This document shows positions 9,174 through 18,242 of a DNA stretch of 64,000 nucleotides, piece after piece. Location: positions 26,192 through 90,191 of the forward strand of contig CALSPS010000006.1 in assembly GCA_943788295.1 (NCBI GenBank), written 5' to 3'. Source of the stretch: Candidatus Poseidoniaceae archaeon (GTDB lineage: Archaea; Thermoplasmatota; Poseidoniia; Poseidoniales; Poseidoniaceae). The notes beneath the pieces are model-generated. The model was not told the DNA's origin. It searched no databases and saw only the letters and a list, made by a program, of their open reading frames with translations. Made by a program: the position numbers and the translations under genes. Position 1 is the first letter of the stretch. Every line of letters starts with the position of its first letter.

Positions 9174-9838
9174 TAATCAACACCCATCCATTTGTGAGTT
9201 TGAAGGCTCAGGCGCCATTGTGGATTCTGTTTGACAATTGCTTCTGTCTCAGCGAAATTTTTTCCATTCCACTCCACAGATTCTAACTCCATGTAGCAAG
9301 GTTGGAGGAAGGTGTGTTTGAACCCTTGTCGCAATTCATCGTACATCGAAAGATCTTGACCTATGAACACGCACTTCAATTCATCTCCCGTACGTTGGCG
9401 TAATTTCACATCTGGATACATTTGATCCTTAGGTGACACACAAATCCAATCCAAGAGCCCTTCAGGGACCTCTATGGTTCCGTTCGTTTCGACCGATAAG
9501 GTGTAGCCTCTTGCCTTGAGCAAACGATGCAAGGGCCAAAGATCTTGCATCATTGGTTCTCCACCGGTGAAGATGATTCGCTTACAATCAAAGGTTGATA
9601 TTTCTCCAAGCAAGTCAATCGCATTCATAGTTTTGAATGTTAGGAAATCTGTATCGCACCATTCGCAACGTAAGTTACAGTTTCCAAAACGAACAAAAAC
9701 ATGAGGAATACCAGCATGGTAGCCTTCCCCTTGAACTGAATGGAACACTTCGACGATTGGATATTCTGAAGCCAAATCAGTCGGATTGTCAACAGGCGAG
9801 TCACCAGCACGAACACAGGATTCGTCAACACTCATCAT
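9173..9838 (-). CDS. queE: 7-carboxy-7-deazaguanine synthase QueE (radical SAM)
   Basis: 221-aa translation: YPIVEVFHSVQGEGYHAGIPHVFVRFGNCNLRCEWCDTDF (CxxxCxxC cluster motif and the QueE N-terminus). Stop and start overlap queC. Confidence 0.85.
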   Translation of the reverse strand: MMSVDESCVRAGDSPVDNPTDLASEYPIVEVFHSVQGEGYHAGIPHVFVRFGNCNLRCEWCDTDFLTFKTMNAIDLLGEISTFDCKRIIFTGGEPMMQDLWPLHRLLKARGYTLSVETNGTIEVPEGLLDWICVSPKDQMYPDVKLRQRTGDELKCVFIGQDLSMYDELRQGFKHTFLQPCYMELESVEWNGKNFAETEAIVKQNPQWRLSLQTHKWMGVD

Positions 9839-9844
9839 CTCACC

Positions 9845-10414
9845 TCAAAGGGGCCGTGAATGAATCAATTGCATGAGTTCTTGCCGTGCTTCTGGTCGTT
9901 CGAAAAACACCCCACGCATAGCCGATGTGGTCATGATTGAATTTTGCTTCTTGACACCTCTGCATCGCATGCATCCATGCGTTGCTTCAATGATGACTGC
10001 TGCTCCCAATGGCGCTAAATTGGCTTCTAAATCATCTGCAATGCCCTTGGTGATGCGTTCCTGATTTTGCAAGCGACGAGCATGGAGATCGATAATTCGT
10101 GCAAGCTTACTGATGCCCACAATCCGTTCGACAGGAATGTATGCAACGTGAGCGCGTCCATTAAACGGTTGTAAGTGGTGTTCACATGTGGAATGAAATT
10201 CAATATCCCTCAACAGGACAATACCATCGTACCCTTCTCCATTGAAGGTGGAATCAAGAAGTTCAGCGGCATCCATTTGGTAGCCACCAAAAATTTCGTC
10301 CCAAGAATCAATCACACGCTTCGGTGTCTTTGCTAAGCCCTCTCGGTTTGGGTCTGGTTCAAGGTACCCAAGGAGGGTATGCACTGCATCTTCTGCTTCT
10401 TCTCGCGTTACCAT
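9845..10414 (-). CDS. folE: GTP cyclohydrolase I (FolE, type I)
   Basis: ORF 9845..10528. The conserved FolE N-terminus (EEAEDAVHTLLGYLEPDPNREGLAKTPKRV) starts at the internal ATG at 10414; an alternative ATG lies at 10453. Catalytic-core motifs (HSTCEHHLQPF, EATHGCMRCRGV) are present. Confidence 0.8.
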   Translation of the reverse strand: MVTREEAEDAVHTLLGYLEPDPNREGLAKTPKRVIDSWDEIFGGYQMDAAELLDSTFNGEGYDGIVLLRDIEFHSTCEHHLQPFNGRAHVAYIPVERIVGISKLARIIDLHARRLQNQERITKGIADDLEANLAPLGAAVIIEATHGCMRCRGVKKQNSIMTTSAMRGVFFERPEARQELMQLIHSRPL

Positions 10415-10729
10415 TTCAATCGCCTCCGCGCCCGTGTCGTGCGTCAATTTCATCCAATTGGTCAAGCAATTTTCTGCAGGCTGTTCGGACTGCATCAGCC
10501 AGACTGACAAATTTATGCTCGTCCCCAACGTGTTTGCGGAGATCCTCTACGAGCTCCGCCGGCATGTCAAGGGAAATTTTGGGCATGTTTCGGCCACCTT
10601 CCTATGGCATATAAGTATTCGTAGAGTAATACCTTGCGAATACACCGACTTCCATTATTGACCTCCATTTCCATGATTTTTCATTCAATGCTAAGCCAAT
10701 GTTCAAGGCATTCCGTAACCGACGATGTT

Positions 10730-12241
10730 ATGATGACAGTCATGCTATCACCGCATCAGGCCCTCGAACACCTCCATGCTCTGCGTTCAAAGACTGGAAC
10801 GATGGACACGGTTGGGCTTCCTGACGAAGTCATTGACCGCTTTTGCACACTTGATCCAAAACTCGTCAAAGCCATTCATGAAGCAAGCATTCGATTTCAA
10901 GAAATTGAATCTGAATTTGGCTCGGATATGTTACAACATGATGAAGCGAACCTTGTGAAGGTCCTTCAGCACGATTTCGTTAATTTCTATGCACCAGCAA
11001 CCGTCAATCCATACATTGCGCTTTCCGGGCGAGGTCCATGGATCGTTACCGCCTACGGTGCAGTTCTTCACGACAATGGAGGCTATGGCATGCTTGGCGC
11101 AGGTCACGGGCCCGAGGAAGTCATTCAAGCAATGTCGGGGAACTGGGTAATGGCCAATGTCATGACGCCTTCCTTTAGTCAAAAGCGACTCGCCGAGCGA
11201 CTGGAGCGAGAACTTGGTCACACCCGTGGCTCTTGCCCATTCACGCGCTTCATTTGCATGAACAGTGGTTCTGAGTCGGTTACAGTGAGCCTCAGAATCG
11301 CCGATGTGAACGCTAGAAAACACACTGGCCCTGGTGGTCGGCATGAAGGAAAAGAAATCAAATTGCTTGCGATTGAGAAAGCCTTCCATGGCCGTACAGA
11401 CCGCCCAGCACAGATTTCTCACTCCTGCAAAGGCTCCTATGACAAGAATTTGGCAACATTCCGGGACAGGGATAACCTCCTGCTCGTCCCGGCAAATGAC
11501 ATCGCCTCTCTTGAAGCGATGTTCAAGCGCGCAGAAGAAGAAGATTGGTTCATTGAATTAATGGCCATTGAACCAGTACAGGGAGAAGGGAACCCTGGTG
11601 CTTGCGTTCAGCGTGATTTCTACGACGCTGCTCGAAGGCTCACCTTGGAGCACGGCTCAATGCTTCTGGTCGATTCGATTCAGGCTGGAATTAGGGGCCA
11701 AGGCTGCCTATCCATCATTGATTATGATGGATTTCAAGACGCCGAAGTGCCTGATTTGGAAACATGGTCAAAGGCATTGAACGCCGGCCAATATCCTCTT
11801 TCTGTGCTCGGCATGAACGATCGAGCTGCAGAGAACTACGTGGTTGGAATTTATGGGAACACGATGACGACGAACCCACGAGCTTTGGAAACGGCATGCG
11901 CAGTCCTTGACAGCATGACGCCAGAACTTCGTTCCAACATCAAAGACCGGGGTGATGAATTTGTCGATAAGTTGAAAATATTACGAGAAGAATTCCCCGG
12001 TATCATCACCAAAGTACAGGGCACTGGGCTTTTGCTCAGCGCTGAATTGGAACCCACTCGTTTCCCGGTTGTAGGGTTTGACGCCGTTGAGCCATGGTGC
12101 CGCCGACAAGGACTCGGTGTCATTCATGGTGGCGTGAACGCACTGCGATTTACACCACACTTCGGCATCACTTCAGAAGAAATTGATTTGATCATCGAAG
12201 TGGTTCGCGCCTCACTGATCGAATTCAACCAGCGCTCATGA
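10730..12241 (+). CDS. PLP-dependent class-III aminotransferase with an unusually long N-terminal extension
   Basis: ORF 10634..12241; the probable start is ATG 10730 (MMTVM...). The class-III fold is recognisable from about residue 110 (GPWIVTAYGAVLHDNGGYGMLGAGHGPEEV ... FICMNSGSESV ... EPVQGEGN ... LLVDSIQAG). The PLP lysine context is not unambiguous by eye. Confidence 0.65.
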   Translation: MMTVMLSPHQALEHLHALRSKTGTMDTVGLPDEVIDRFCTLDPKLVKAIHEASIRFQEIESEFGSDMLQHDEANLVKVLQHDFVNFYAPATVNPYIALSGRGPWIVTAYGAVLHDNGGYGMLGAGHGPEEVIQAMSGNWVMANVMTPSFSQKRLAERLERELGHTRGSCPFTRFICMNSGSESVTVSLRIADVNARKHTGPGGRHEGKEIKLLAIEKAFHGRTDRPAQISHSCKGSYDKNLATFRDRDNLLLVPANDIASLEAMFKRAEEEDWFIELMAIEPVQGEGNPGACVQRDFYDAARRLTLEHGSMLLVDSIQAGIRGQGCLSIIDYDGFQDAEVPDLETWSKALNAGQYPLSVLGMNDRAAENYVVGIYGNTMTTNPRALETACAVLDSMTPELRSNIKDRGDEFVDKLKILREEFPGIITKVQGTGLLLSAELEPTRFPVVGFDAVEPWCRRQGLGVIHGGVNALRFTPHFGITSEEIDLIIEVVRASLIEFNQRS

Positions 12242-13456
12242 GAGACTCGTTACGATGTCTTCTCGGCTGAATTGTCGGCTAGCATAGTAGGCTGCTAATC
12301 CAGCATACACGATGCTAGAAAAGGCCCACACGAAGATGTGTTCGGGGATGACCCTGTTCATCAACAATTCACGCAAGGCCAACAAGATGTTGACGACTGG
12401 AACCGCAAACCAAAATGATTCGATTCCATCGAGGTTGATGACTTGCGTAAATAATGCTGGGAAGACAATTAACAAAAGCATCGGGGCAAGGATAGAACCG
12501 GCTTCCTTGACGCTGTGCGAACGCATAGCCAAAGCAAGTTCAATGGCAACGACCATGATGGCGAACAGGAGAATTGCTCCAACGATCAACGCCACCGTTG
12601 TGATCGATAACTCTGGAAGACCAATCACACTGGAAGAGGCGAGGTAGCCGATGGCAAAGAGGAGGCCAAAAATCTGGAGGATTACCCCCACCCCCGTTAT
12701 GGTAGCAACTGCAACCCATTTGCCGAGAAGCAATTCAAGACGAGTGCATGGTAGGCAGAGAAGCGCCTCAAGGGTTCCACGTTCTCGCTCTCCTGCCGTC
12801 ATGTCGATCGATGGTTGTAATGCGCTTGAGTAGGTCCATATTGCTAAGACCAGCGGTATGAACAGCGACAACACCATACCCGCTTGTTCTCCACTTGTGG
12901 CCACATCACTCTGTGCCACATCGCCATCCCAACGGAGAGGATTCAGCGTCGAATTGACGTCCATGCCAGAATCTGAAATTCGCCGTTCAACCTCTTCGCT
13001 CTCCCATGTGTTCAATGCATCCAACAAACGATTCCAGGCTTCATTGGAACGTTCGGATGTCGACAATCGTAAAATGGCATAATCCCATGTTGAATTGACC
13101 TTCTCGACTCGTAAAATAGCGTCAACCGACCCATTCCGAACCCTTTCCAAATCCTCACCGGGTTCGGAAAGTTGTGATTGATTGTCCAATGGCTCCATCA
13201 CGATGTCAATTCCAGCACCAACAATGGCCTGTTCCATCGATTCCTCAAGCGAATTCGATTGCACAATCACTGTAAGTTCGAGCGCATCCAATTCTGCAGC
13301 TTCGGATTCAAGTAAGATCGGAAATAGGATGAACAAAAGTGGGAACATTAAGAGTGGAATGACAATGATGGCCATTATTGTGCGCCAATCGCGAACAAAT
13401 TCAACCACTTCTTTCTTAGCGATGGCCCGAATCCTATGCGTGGAAAATTTACTCAC
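12236..13456 (-). CDS. ABC-2 family transporter permease
   Basis: 406-aa protein with an N-terminal TM helix, a large extracytoplasmic loop and five C-terminal TM helices. Overlaps the downstream ATPase gene. Confidence 0.65.
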   Translation of the reverse strand: MSKFSTHRIRAIAKKEVVEFVRDWRTIMAIIVIPLLMFPLLFILFPILLESEAAELDALELTVIVQSNSLEESMEQAIVGAGIDIVMEPLDNQSQLSEPGEDLERVRNGSVDAILRVEKVNSTWDYAILRLSTSERSNEAWNRLLDALNTWESEEVERRISDSGMDVNSTLNPLRWDGDVAQSDVATSGEQAGMVLSLFIPLVLAIWTYSSALQPSIDMTAGERERGTLEALLCLPCTRLELLLGKWVAVATITGVGVILQIFGLLFAIGYLASSSVIGLPELSITTVALIVGAILLFAIMVVAIELALAMRSHSVKEAGSILAPMLLLIVFPALFTQVINLDGIESFWFAVPVVNILLALRELLMNRVIPEHIFVWAFSSIVYAGLAAYYASRQFSREDIVTSLS

Positions 13457-14291
13457 CTTCCTCGACCCCCCTGGAGGCTAGCATCGGTGGTTTAGGTGTG
13501 AAAAAGCGCCTCCACCAACCGGTAAACCGCCCTTCACCTTCATCGTCTTCTTGCCTTGGTCGCGCCGCATCTTTTGTCAGCGCAACATAGGCTTCCTCCA
13601 ATGATGTCGTCTGAGTTTGCTCCAGCAGAAGATCGGGCGAACCATCGGCTCGAATGTCTCCATTGTGGACAATGACAATCCGGTCGCACACTTGTTGCGC
13701 CTCTGAAAGTTGATGGGTTGAGTAGATGACTGTCCCCCCCTCCCGTTTCAGTTGGTTGACGAGTCGCCTTACTGTTCGTGCACTTGTAATGTCCAAACCT
13801 GCAGTCGGTTCATCCAATAAGAGGATCGAAGGCCCATGGGCTAAGGCCCTGAGCAGGGCTGTTTTTTGACGCATACCGCGGCTGAATCCCTTTGTATGAC
13901 GCCCAAGAGAATCCATCATGTCGAGGTGGTGTGCGAACTTTGCAGTCCTTGCCCAAGCATCCTCATCCGAAACTCCGTGCATCCGAGAATGATAGCGAAT
14001 GTTTTCCCATGCGGTGAGTCTTGAATAAAGGCCAGTGGATTCCGGGACCACACCGAGCACTTGACGCATGTCGCTCACAGGTTTTCCATCCGCAAGGAGG
14101 ACTTTTCCTGATGTCGGAGTGTACACGCCCGCCATTAACCGAAGAAGGGTGGTTTTTCCCGCGCCATTGCTCCCTACCAAACCGATGATTTCACCAGAGT
14201 TGATCTGCAGATCTATTTCAGTCAAAGCATGTAAATCTCCAAACGATTTCGACACACGCTTCAATGTAAGGAGTGGTTGCATAACGCCCAC
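13449..14291 (-). CDS. ABC transporter ATP-binding protein
   Basis: Walker A GSNGAGKTT, ABC signature and Walker B (ILLLDEPTAGLD) are present. It has an acidic C-terminal extension. Confidence 0.85.
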   Translation of the reverse strand: MGVMQPLLTLKRVSKSFGDLHALTEIDLQINSGEIIGLVGSNGAGKTTLLRLMAGVYTPTSGKVLLADGKPVSDMRQVLGVVPESTGLYSRLTAWENIRYHSRMHGVSDEDAWARTAKFAHHLDMMDSLGRHTKGFSRGMRQKTALLRALAHGPSILLLDEPTAGLDITSARTVRRLVNQLKREGGTVIYSTHQLSEAQQVCDRIVIVHNGDIRADGSPDLLLEQTQTTSLEEAYVALTKDAARPRQEDDEGEGRFTGWWRRFFTPKPPMLASRGVEEGE

Positions 14292-14294
14292 CTT

Positions 14295-14600
14295 TCATGA
14301 AGCTCGACCGGATTCTACCGCAGAATCTAGACCAGGGTGTTTTTCTTCCAGTCGGCAGGCGCGAGTGAGTTGTTCTTTCAATTGGCTGAAAATTTCTTTT
14401 TGTGGAACACCCATTTCAACGAGGTTACCAATCATGTTAAACGCACCTTGAATGGCACCCGCATCGAGGTATGCATCGTTGGAAATTTGCCCGGTTTGCC
14501 GCAGGACATCGAGTCGATCTGCGATGAATTGTGCTTCATTTCTGACGCTTGGTCCATCGACATGAGCGAGGGCGATCAATGTATCCACGCAGGTTCGCAT
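14295..14600 (-). CDS. Hypothetical protein (101 aa)
   Basis: ORF placed 3 nt downstream of the ABC ATPase gene on the same strand; no recognisable motif. Confidence 0.35.
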   Translation of the reverse strand: MRTCVDTLIALAHVDGPSVRNEAQFIADRLDVLRQTGQISNDAYLDAGAIQGAFNMIGNLVEMGVPQKEIFSQLKEQLTRACRLEEKHPGLDSAVESGRAS

Positions 14601-14659
14601 GACAATTCACCTGATGCGGACGATTAAGATGGTTTGCCTTTGGTGGCATGAAAAAAGGC

Positions 14660-15100
14660 TCAGTGACTCGATTCAGTGAGTTCTACCAAGACACCGCCGG
14701 TGGATTTAGGATGGACAAATGCAATTCGTTTGCCACCTGCCCCCTTCCTCGGTTCGTTGTCAATCATTCGGATTCCATTTTCCACAAGATGTGAGATAAG
14801 GCCTTCAAGATCCCCGACCCTGAAACATATTTGTTGAACACCAGGTCCACGTTTCTCAAGGAAACGCCCAATGGGGGTGTCTTCTCCCGTTGGTTCTAGC
14901 AGTTCAACCATTGGAGGGTGGGCGTCAAGAGAGAGTTGAGCGGTTGAGGTGGAAAAGAAACGCGTTTTTACCCCTTGATCTTCAACAACCTCATCATCCA
15001 TTGATTGAGATAGGCCAATCAACTTCCAAAACAAAGACGCATCATCTAAACTCGGGGTGGCAATTCCGATGTGATCGATATGTATTGGTCCAAAACTCAT
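14660..15100 (-). CDS. mce: Methylmalonyl-CoA epimerase (glyoxalase/VOC fold)
   Basis: 146 aa, IDHIGIATPSLDDA...GGVLVELTE, the typical VOC/MCE pattern. Lies adjacent to the mutase gene. Confidence 0.75.
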   Translation of the reverse strand: MSFGPIHIDHIGIATPSLDDASLFWKLIGLSQSMDDEVVEDQGVKTRFFSTSTAQLSLDAHPPMVELLEPTGEDTPIGRFLEKRGPGVQQICFRVGDLEGLISHLVENGIRMIDNEPRKGAGGKRIAFVHPKSTGGVLVELTESSH

Positions 15101-15109
15101 TTCCTCACC

Positions 15110-16711
15110 TCAAAATCCACTTGGTGCCATCCAAGTTCCAAACTCATCTTTCATGGCTTGCATTATTTCTCCTAATGTACAACCAGTTTTAACGGCCACA
15201 AGAACATGCGGGAATAGGTTTTGGCCACCATTTGCGGCATTCCTGATCGTCTCTAAGTTAGACTGGCAGGCATCATTGTCCCGATGTTTTCGGAGACTCT
15301 GGAGTTTCTTGCATTGGGCCTCGCCAACGGTGGGGTCGAGTTTCAATACCTCTGGTGCAGAATCTTCATCCATTACGCCGTGGTTGACTCCAACAATCTT
15401 TCTCGAACCAGCCTCCACATCGTTCAAATGAGCGTAGGCCGCATTGTGAATTTCCCGTTGCTGCCATCCTTGTTCGATGGCCTTCATTGCACCGCCAAGT
15501 GATTCGATTTGGGTGATTTGCTCTAGCGCTTGATCATGGATTCTTTTGGTCAACTGTTCCACGTGGTATGATCCCCCCAACGGGTCCACAACATCTGCTG
15601 CACCACTTTCTTCAGCGATAATTTGCTGTGTTCGCAGGGCAACGGTCGCTGATTTTTCTGTGGGCAAACCCAAGGCCTCATCGTAGGAATTTGTGTGGAG
15701 GCTCTGTGTGCCACCACAAACCGCAGCCAGTGCTTGGATGGTGACCCGTGCCACATTGTTGAGAGGTTGTTGCGCTGTGAGACTCACGCCTGCAACTTGT
15801 GTGTGGAAGCGTAACATTGCCGATTTAGGATTTTTTGGACTGTACCTTTCTGTGATCAACTCGTACCAAAGAGTCCGTGCTGCTCTAAATTTAGAAGCTT
15901 CTTCAAAGAAGTCATTATGGCAATTGAAGAAGAAGGACAGCCTTGGTCCAAAAGTGTCTATGTCAAGCCCAGATTCGATTGCTGCATCCACATATTGCAA
16001 TGCATTGGCCAACGTAAAAGCCACTTCTTGAACTGCGGTTGAACCAGCCTCTCGAATGTGATATCCTGAAATTGAAATTGTATTCCACTTTGGGACCTTG
16101 TCCGCACAATACTCGAAGATATCCGTGATCAGGCGCATGCTCGGCTCGGGTGGAAACACATAGGTGCCACGGGCAATGTATTCCTTCAGGATATCATTTT
16201 GAATGGTTCCAAGAACTTGTTCTGAAGGAACTCCTTGTTCCTCAGCTACTGCGATGTACATGGCTAAAAGGACCATGGCAGGGGCGTTAATGGTCATTGA
16301 AGTGCTGACCTTGTCGAGTGGAATACCATCAAGCAGTTCACGCATGTCATCAAGTTGCGAGATGGAAACGCCGACTTTGCCAACCTCTCCATACGACATC
16401 TCGTCGTCTGCATCTAATCCCAATTGAGTAGGCAAATCAAAAGCGACCGAAAGTCCTTTTTGGCCACGTTCGAGAAGAAGTTTGAATCGTTCATTTGTAG
16501 CCGCGGCACTGGAAAATCCAGCGTATTGCCGCATGGTCCACAAACGCGATCGGTACATTGTCGAATGAATACCGCGAGTGTATGGAGGGGACCCTGCATC
16601 CCCCAAGCCTGAAGCGTCTATGCCTTGTTGGCTCAATGATTCAGGAGTGCTTTGAAGCGGTAAATCCAACCCACTCAGGGTCTTCCACTCGTCCTTTCTT
16701 TGAGTGACCAT
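15110..16711 (-). CDS. mcmA: Methylmalonyl-CoA mutase, large (catalytic, N-terminal) subunit
   Basis: 533 aa with strong MCM catalytic-domain motifs (PPYTRGIHSTMYRSRLWTMRQYAGF, TNERFK, GLSVAFDLPTQ). No B12-binding domain. Confidence 0.85.
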   Translation of the reverse strand: MVTQRKDEWKTLSGLDLPLQSTPESLSQQGIDASGLGDAGSPPYTRGIHSTMYRSRLWTMRQYAGFSSAAATNERFKLLLERGQKGLSVAFDLPTQLGLDADDEMSYGEVGKVGVSISQLDDMRELLDGIPLDKVSTSMTINAPAMVLLAMYIAVAEEQGVPSEQVLGTIQNDILKEYIARGTYVFPPEPSMRLITDIFEYCADKVPKWNTISISGYHIREAGSTAVQEVAFTLANALQYVDAAIESGLDIDTFGPRLSFFFNCHNDFFEEASKFRAARTLWYELITERYSPKNPKSAMLRFHTQVAGVSLTAQQPLNNVARVTIQALAAVCGGTQSLHTNSYDEALGLPTEKSATVALRTQQIIAEESGAADVVDPLGGSYHVEQLTKRIHDQALEQITQIESLGGAMKAIEQGWQQREIHNAAYAHLNDVEAGSRKIVGVNHGVMDEDSAPEVLKLDPTVGEAQCKKLQSLRKHRDNDACQSNLETIRNAANGGQNLFPHVLVAVKTGCTLGEIMQAMKDEFGTWMAPSGF

Positions 16712-16752
16712 GCACCGCCCAGTACGGCCGGCTTCATCAAGACTCGCTTGAA

Positions 16753-17265
16753 TCAGTGGTGGTGTCCACCGGGTCCATGGACGTGTCCGTGGTCCAACTC
16801 TTCTGGAGTAGCTGGGCGTAATTCAACAATTTCGACAGCAAATGTCAGCGATTGTCCTGCAAGAGCGTGGTTGAAATCTGCTGTGACCATGTCATCGGTT
16901 AGATTTGTGATGGTGAATGGGGATGGTCCGTGTGGCATCTGTGCCACAAGTTGCATTCCGGTTTCCAATGAATTTTCTGCTTCAAGTTGGGCGAATTGCT
17001 CTCGTGGAATTTCCATGACTGCAGAATCGTCCCGATCACCGTAGGCTTGGTCTGATTCCAGTGTGAACTCCTTGCGGTCTCCTACCTTTGCACCCATGAT
17101 TTCTTTTTCAAACCCTGGAATCATTTGCTTTTGGCCAACGATGAAGGTTAACGGTTCGCGCCCTTCACTGCTGTCAAAAACTTCACCGTTCTCTGGGAGA
17201 GTCCCAGTATAATGCACGCTTGCAACCATGTTGTCGCTGACTGTATGTTCTGCCATATAATTCAC
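16753..17265 (-). CDS. FKBP-type peptidyl-prolyl cis-trans isomerase (SlyD-like, IF-domain insert, His-rich C-terminus)
   Basis: VHYTGTLPENGEVFDSS, PLTFIVGQKQMIPGFE, and a C-terminal ELDHGHVHGPGGHHH metal-binding tail. Confidence 0.8.
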   Translation of the reverse strand: MNYMAEHTVSDNMVASVHYTGTLPENGEVFDSSEGREPLTFIVGQKQMIPGFEKEIMGAKVGDRKEFTLESDQAYGDRDDSAVMEIPREQFAQLEAENSLETGMQLVAQMPHGPSPFTITNLTDDMVTADFNHALAGQSLTFAVEIVELRPATPEELDHGHVHGPGGHHH

Positions 17266-18242
17266 CTTCTTGTTGTCATTTTGTTGACTAAGTCTCGTAG
17301 TTTTTGAGCTGCATTCTCTGGAAGAATTTCCTCCATCACTTTTTGCTCAATAAACTCAATCGAATCGGACACACCCATTCGTTCTCCTTTGGCCCAAACT
17401 TGGCCTAGGATGTTGGATCTGTGTTCTTCGGGAATGTTTGGATTATCCAAAATATCCCTTGCAGCATACTTGTACTCGAGGTACTTTTGCCGGTTCAATT
17501 TTTTCTCTTGCTTTTGCCGACCGCCACCTTTCTTATCGTGTCGTCGGCGTTTTCTGCGTCGGTCACCAGATGGTTTTGCCACAGCGGTTTGAATGGTTTT
17601 GAACACATTGTTCGAACCTTGCTTTGCTTCCGGTTGGGATGCTTGTGATGAAACAGTTTCAACGTTGACATTGGCAGTTTCAATGTTCGGTTCCATGGTC
17701 GTGTCTTGATCCGCTGAAACCGCAACGGGTTCTGCTTGAACAACAGCGGCAACTTCGGCCGGCTTCGCCTTTGCCTTCGCATTTTGGCGCGATAGTTCGG
17801 ACTTTCTGCGAAGTTCTGCAAGGCGGTCTTCATGGGACACTTGTGGTTTAGCTGGTGCAGGTTTGGCAACCGAACTTGTGATGGTCGGGGTCGAATTTCC
17901 CGGTGTAGGCTCGGGCTTGGAAGTGGATGGTTTTGAGGCCCCACCTTGTTGGCGCTTCATCCGCTCCATTGCCTCTTTTTGCTTCTTTGCCAATTCGGTC
18001 ATGCCTGAATTGGCTTCGACTTGAGGGGTTGTAGGACGTGCCGGTGCTGGCCGGCGTTCTACGTTTTTGCGTTCGGTTTGACGCTTGTTGCGTTGAGCGG
18101 AAGCATTTGGGGCGAACGGATTGAACGGCTCGTCCCGTTTTTTTCTTCCGTTCCGGTCTGCGATGCGAGAGGCCCCCACGCTGTTCCCGCTTGTGACCGT
18201 ATAAAAACAATGAGTGTACCTTGCCGTGTTTAAACCGGCCAT
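17262..18242 (-). CDS. Hypothetical Lys/Arg-rich low-complexity protein with a short conserved-looking C-terminal domain. It overlaps the kae1 stop.
   Basis: 326-aa ORF. The first ~250 residues are basic low-complexity (KKQKEAMERMKRQQGG..., GDRRRKRRRHDKKGGGRQKQEKK). The C-terminal ~70 aa look globular (NILGQVWAKGERMGVSDSIEFIEQKVMEEILPENAAQKLRDLVNKM). 13-nt overlap with kae1; the true start may be internal. Confidence 0.5.
   Translation of the reverse strand: MAGLNTARYTHCFYTVTSGNSVGASRIADRNGRKKRDEPFNPFAPNASAQRNKRQTERKNVERRPAPARPTTPQVEANSGMTELAKKQKEAMERMKRQQGGASKPSTSKPEPTPGNSTPTITSSVAKPAPAKPQVSHEDRLAELRRKSELSRQNAKAKAKPAEVAAVVQAEPVAVSADQDTTMEPNIETANVNVETVSSQASQPEAKQGSNNVFKTIQTAVAKPSGDRRRKRRRHDKKGGGRQKQEKKLNRQKYLEYKYAARDILDNPNIPEEHRSNILGQVWAKGERMGVSDSIEFIEQKVMEEILPENAAQKLRDLVNKMTTRR

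Noticed and set aside
10931-11422. 163-aa minus-strand ORF inside the aminotransferase gene; similar antisense ORFs at 3825..4319, 55003..55500, 34655..35065, 36394..36867
   Set aside because: All lie fully inside strongly supported genes on the opposite strand and show no motifs. They are typical shadow ORFs.
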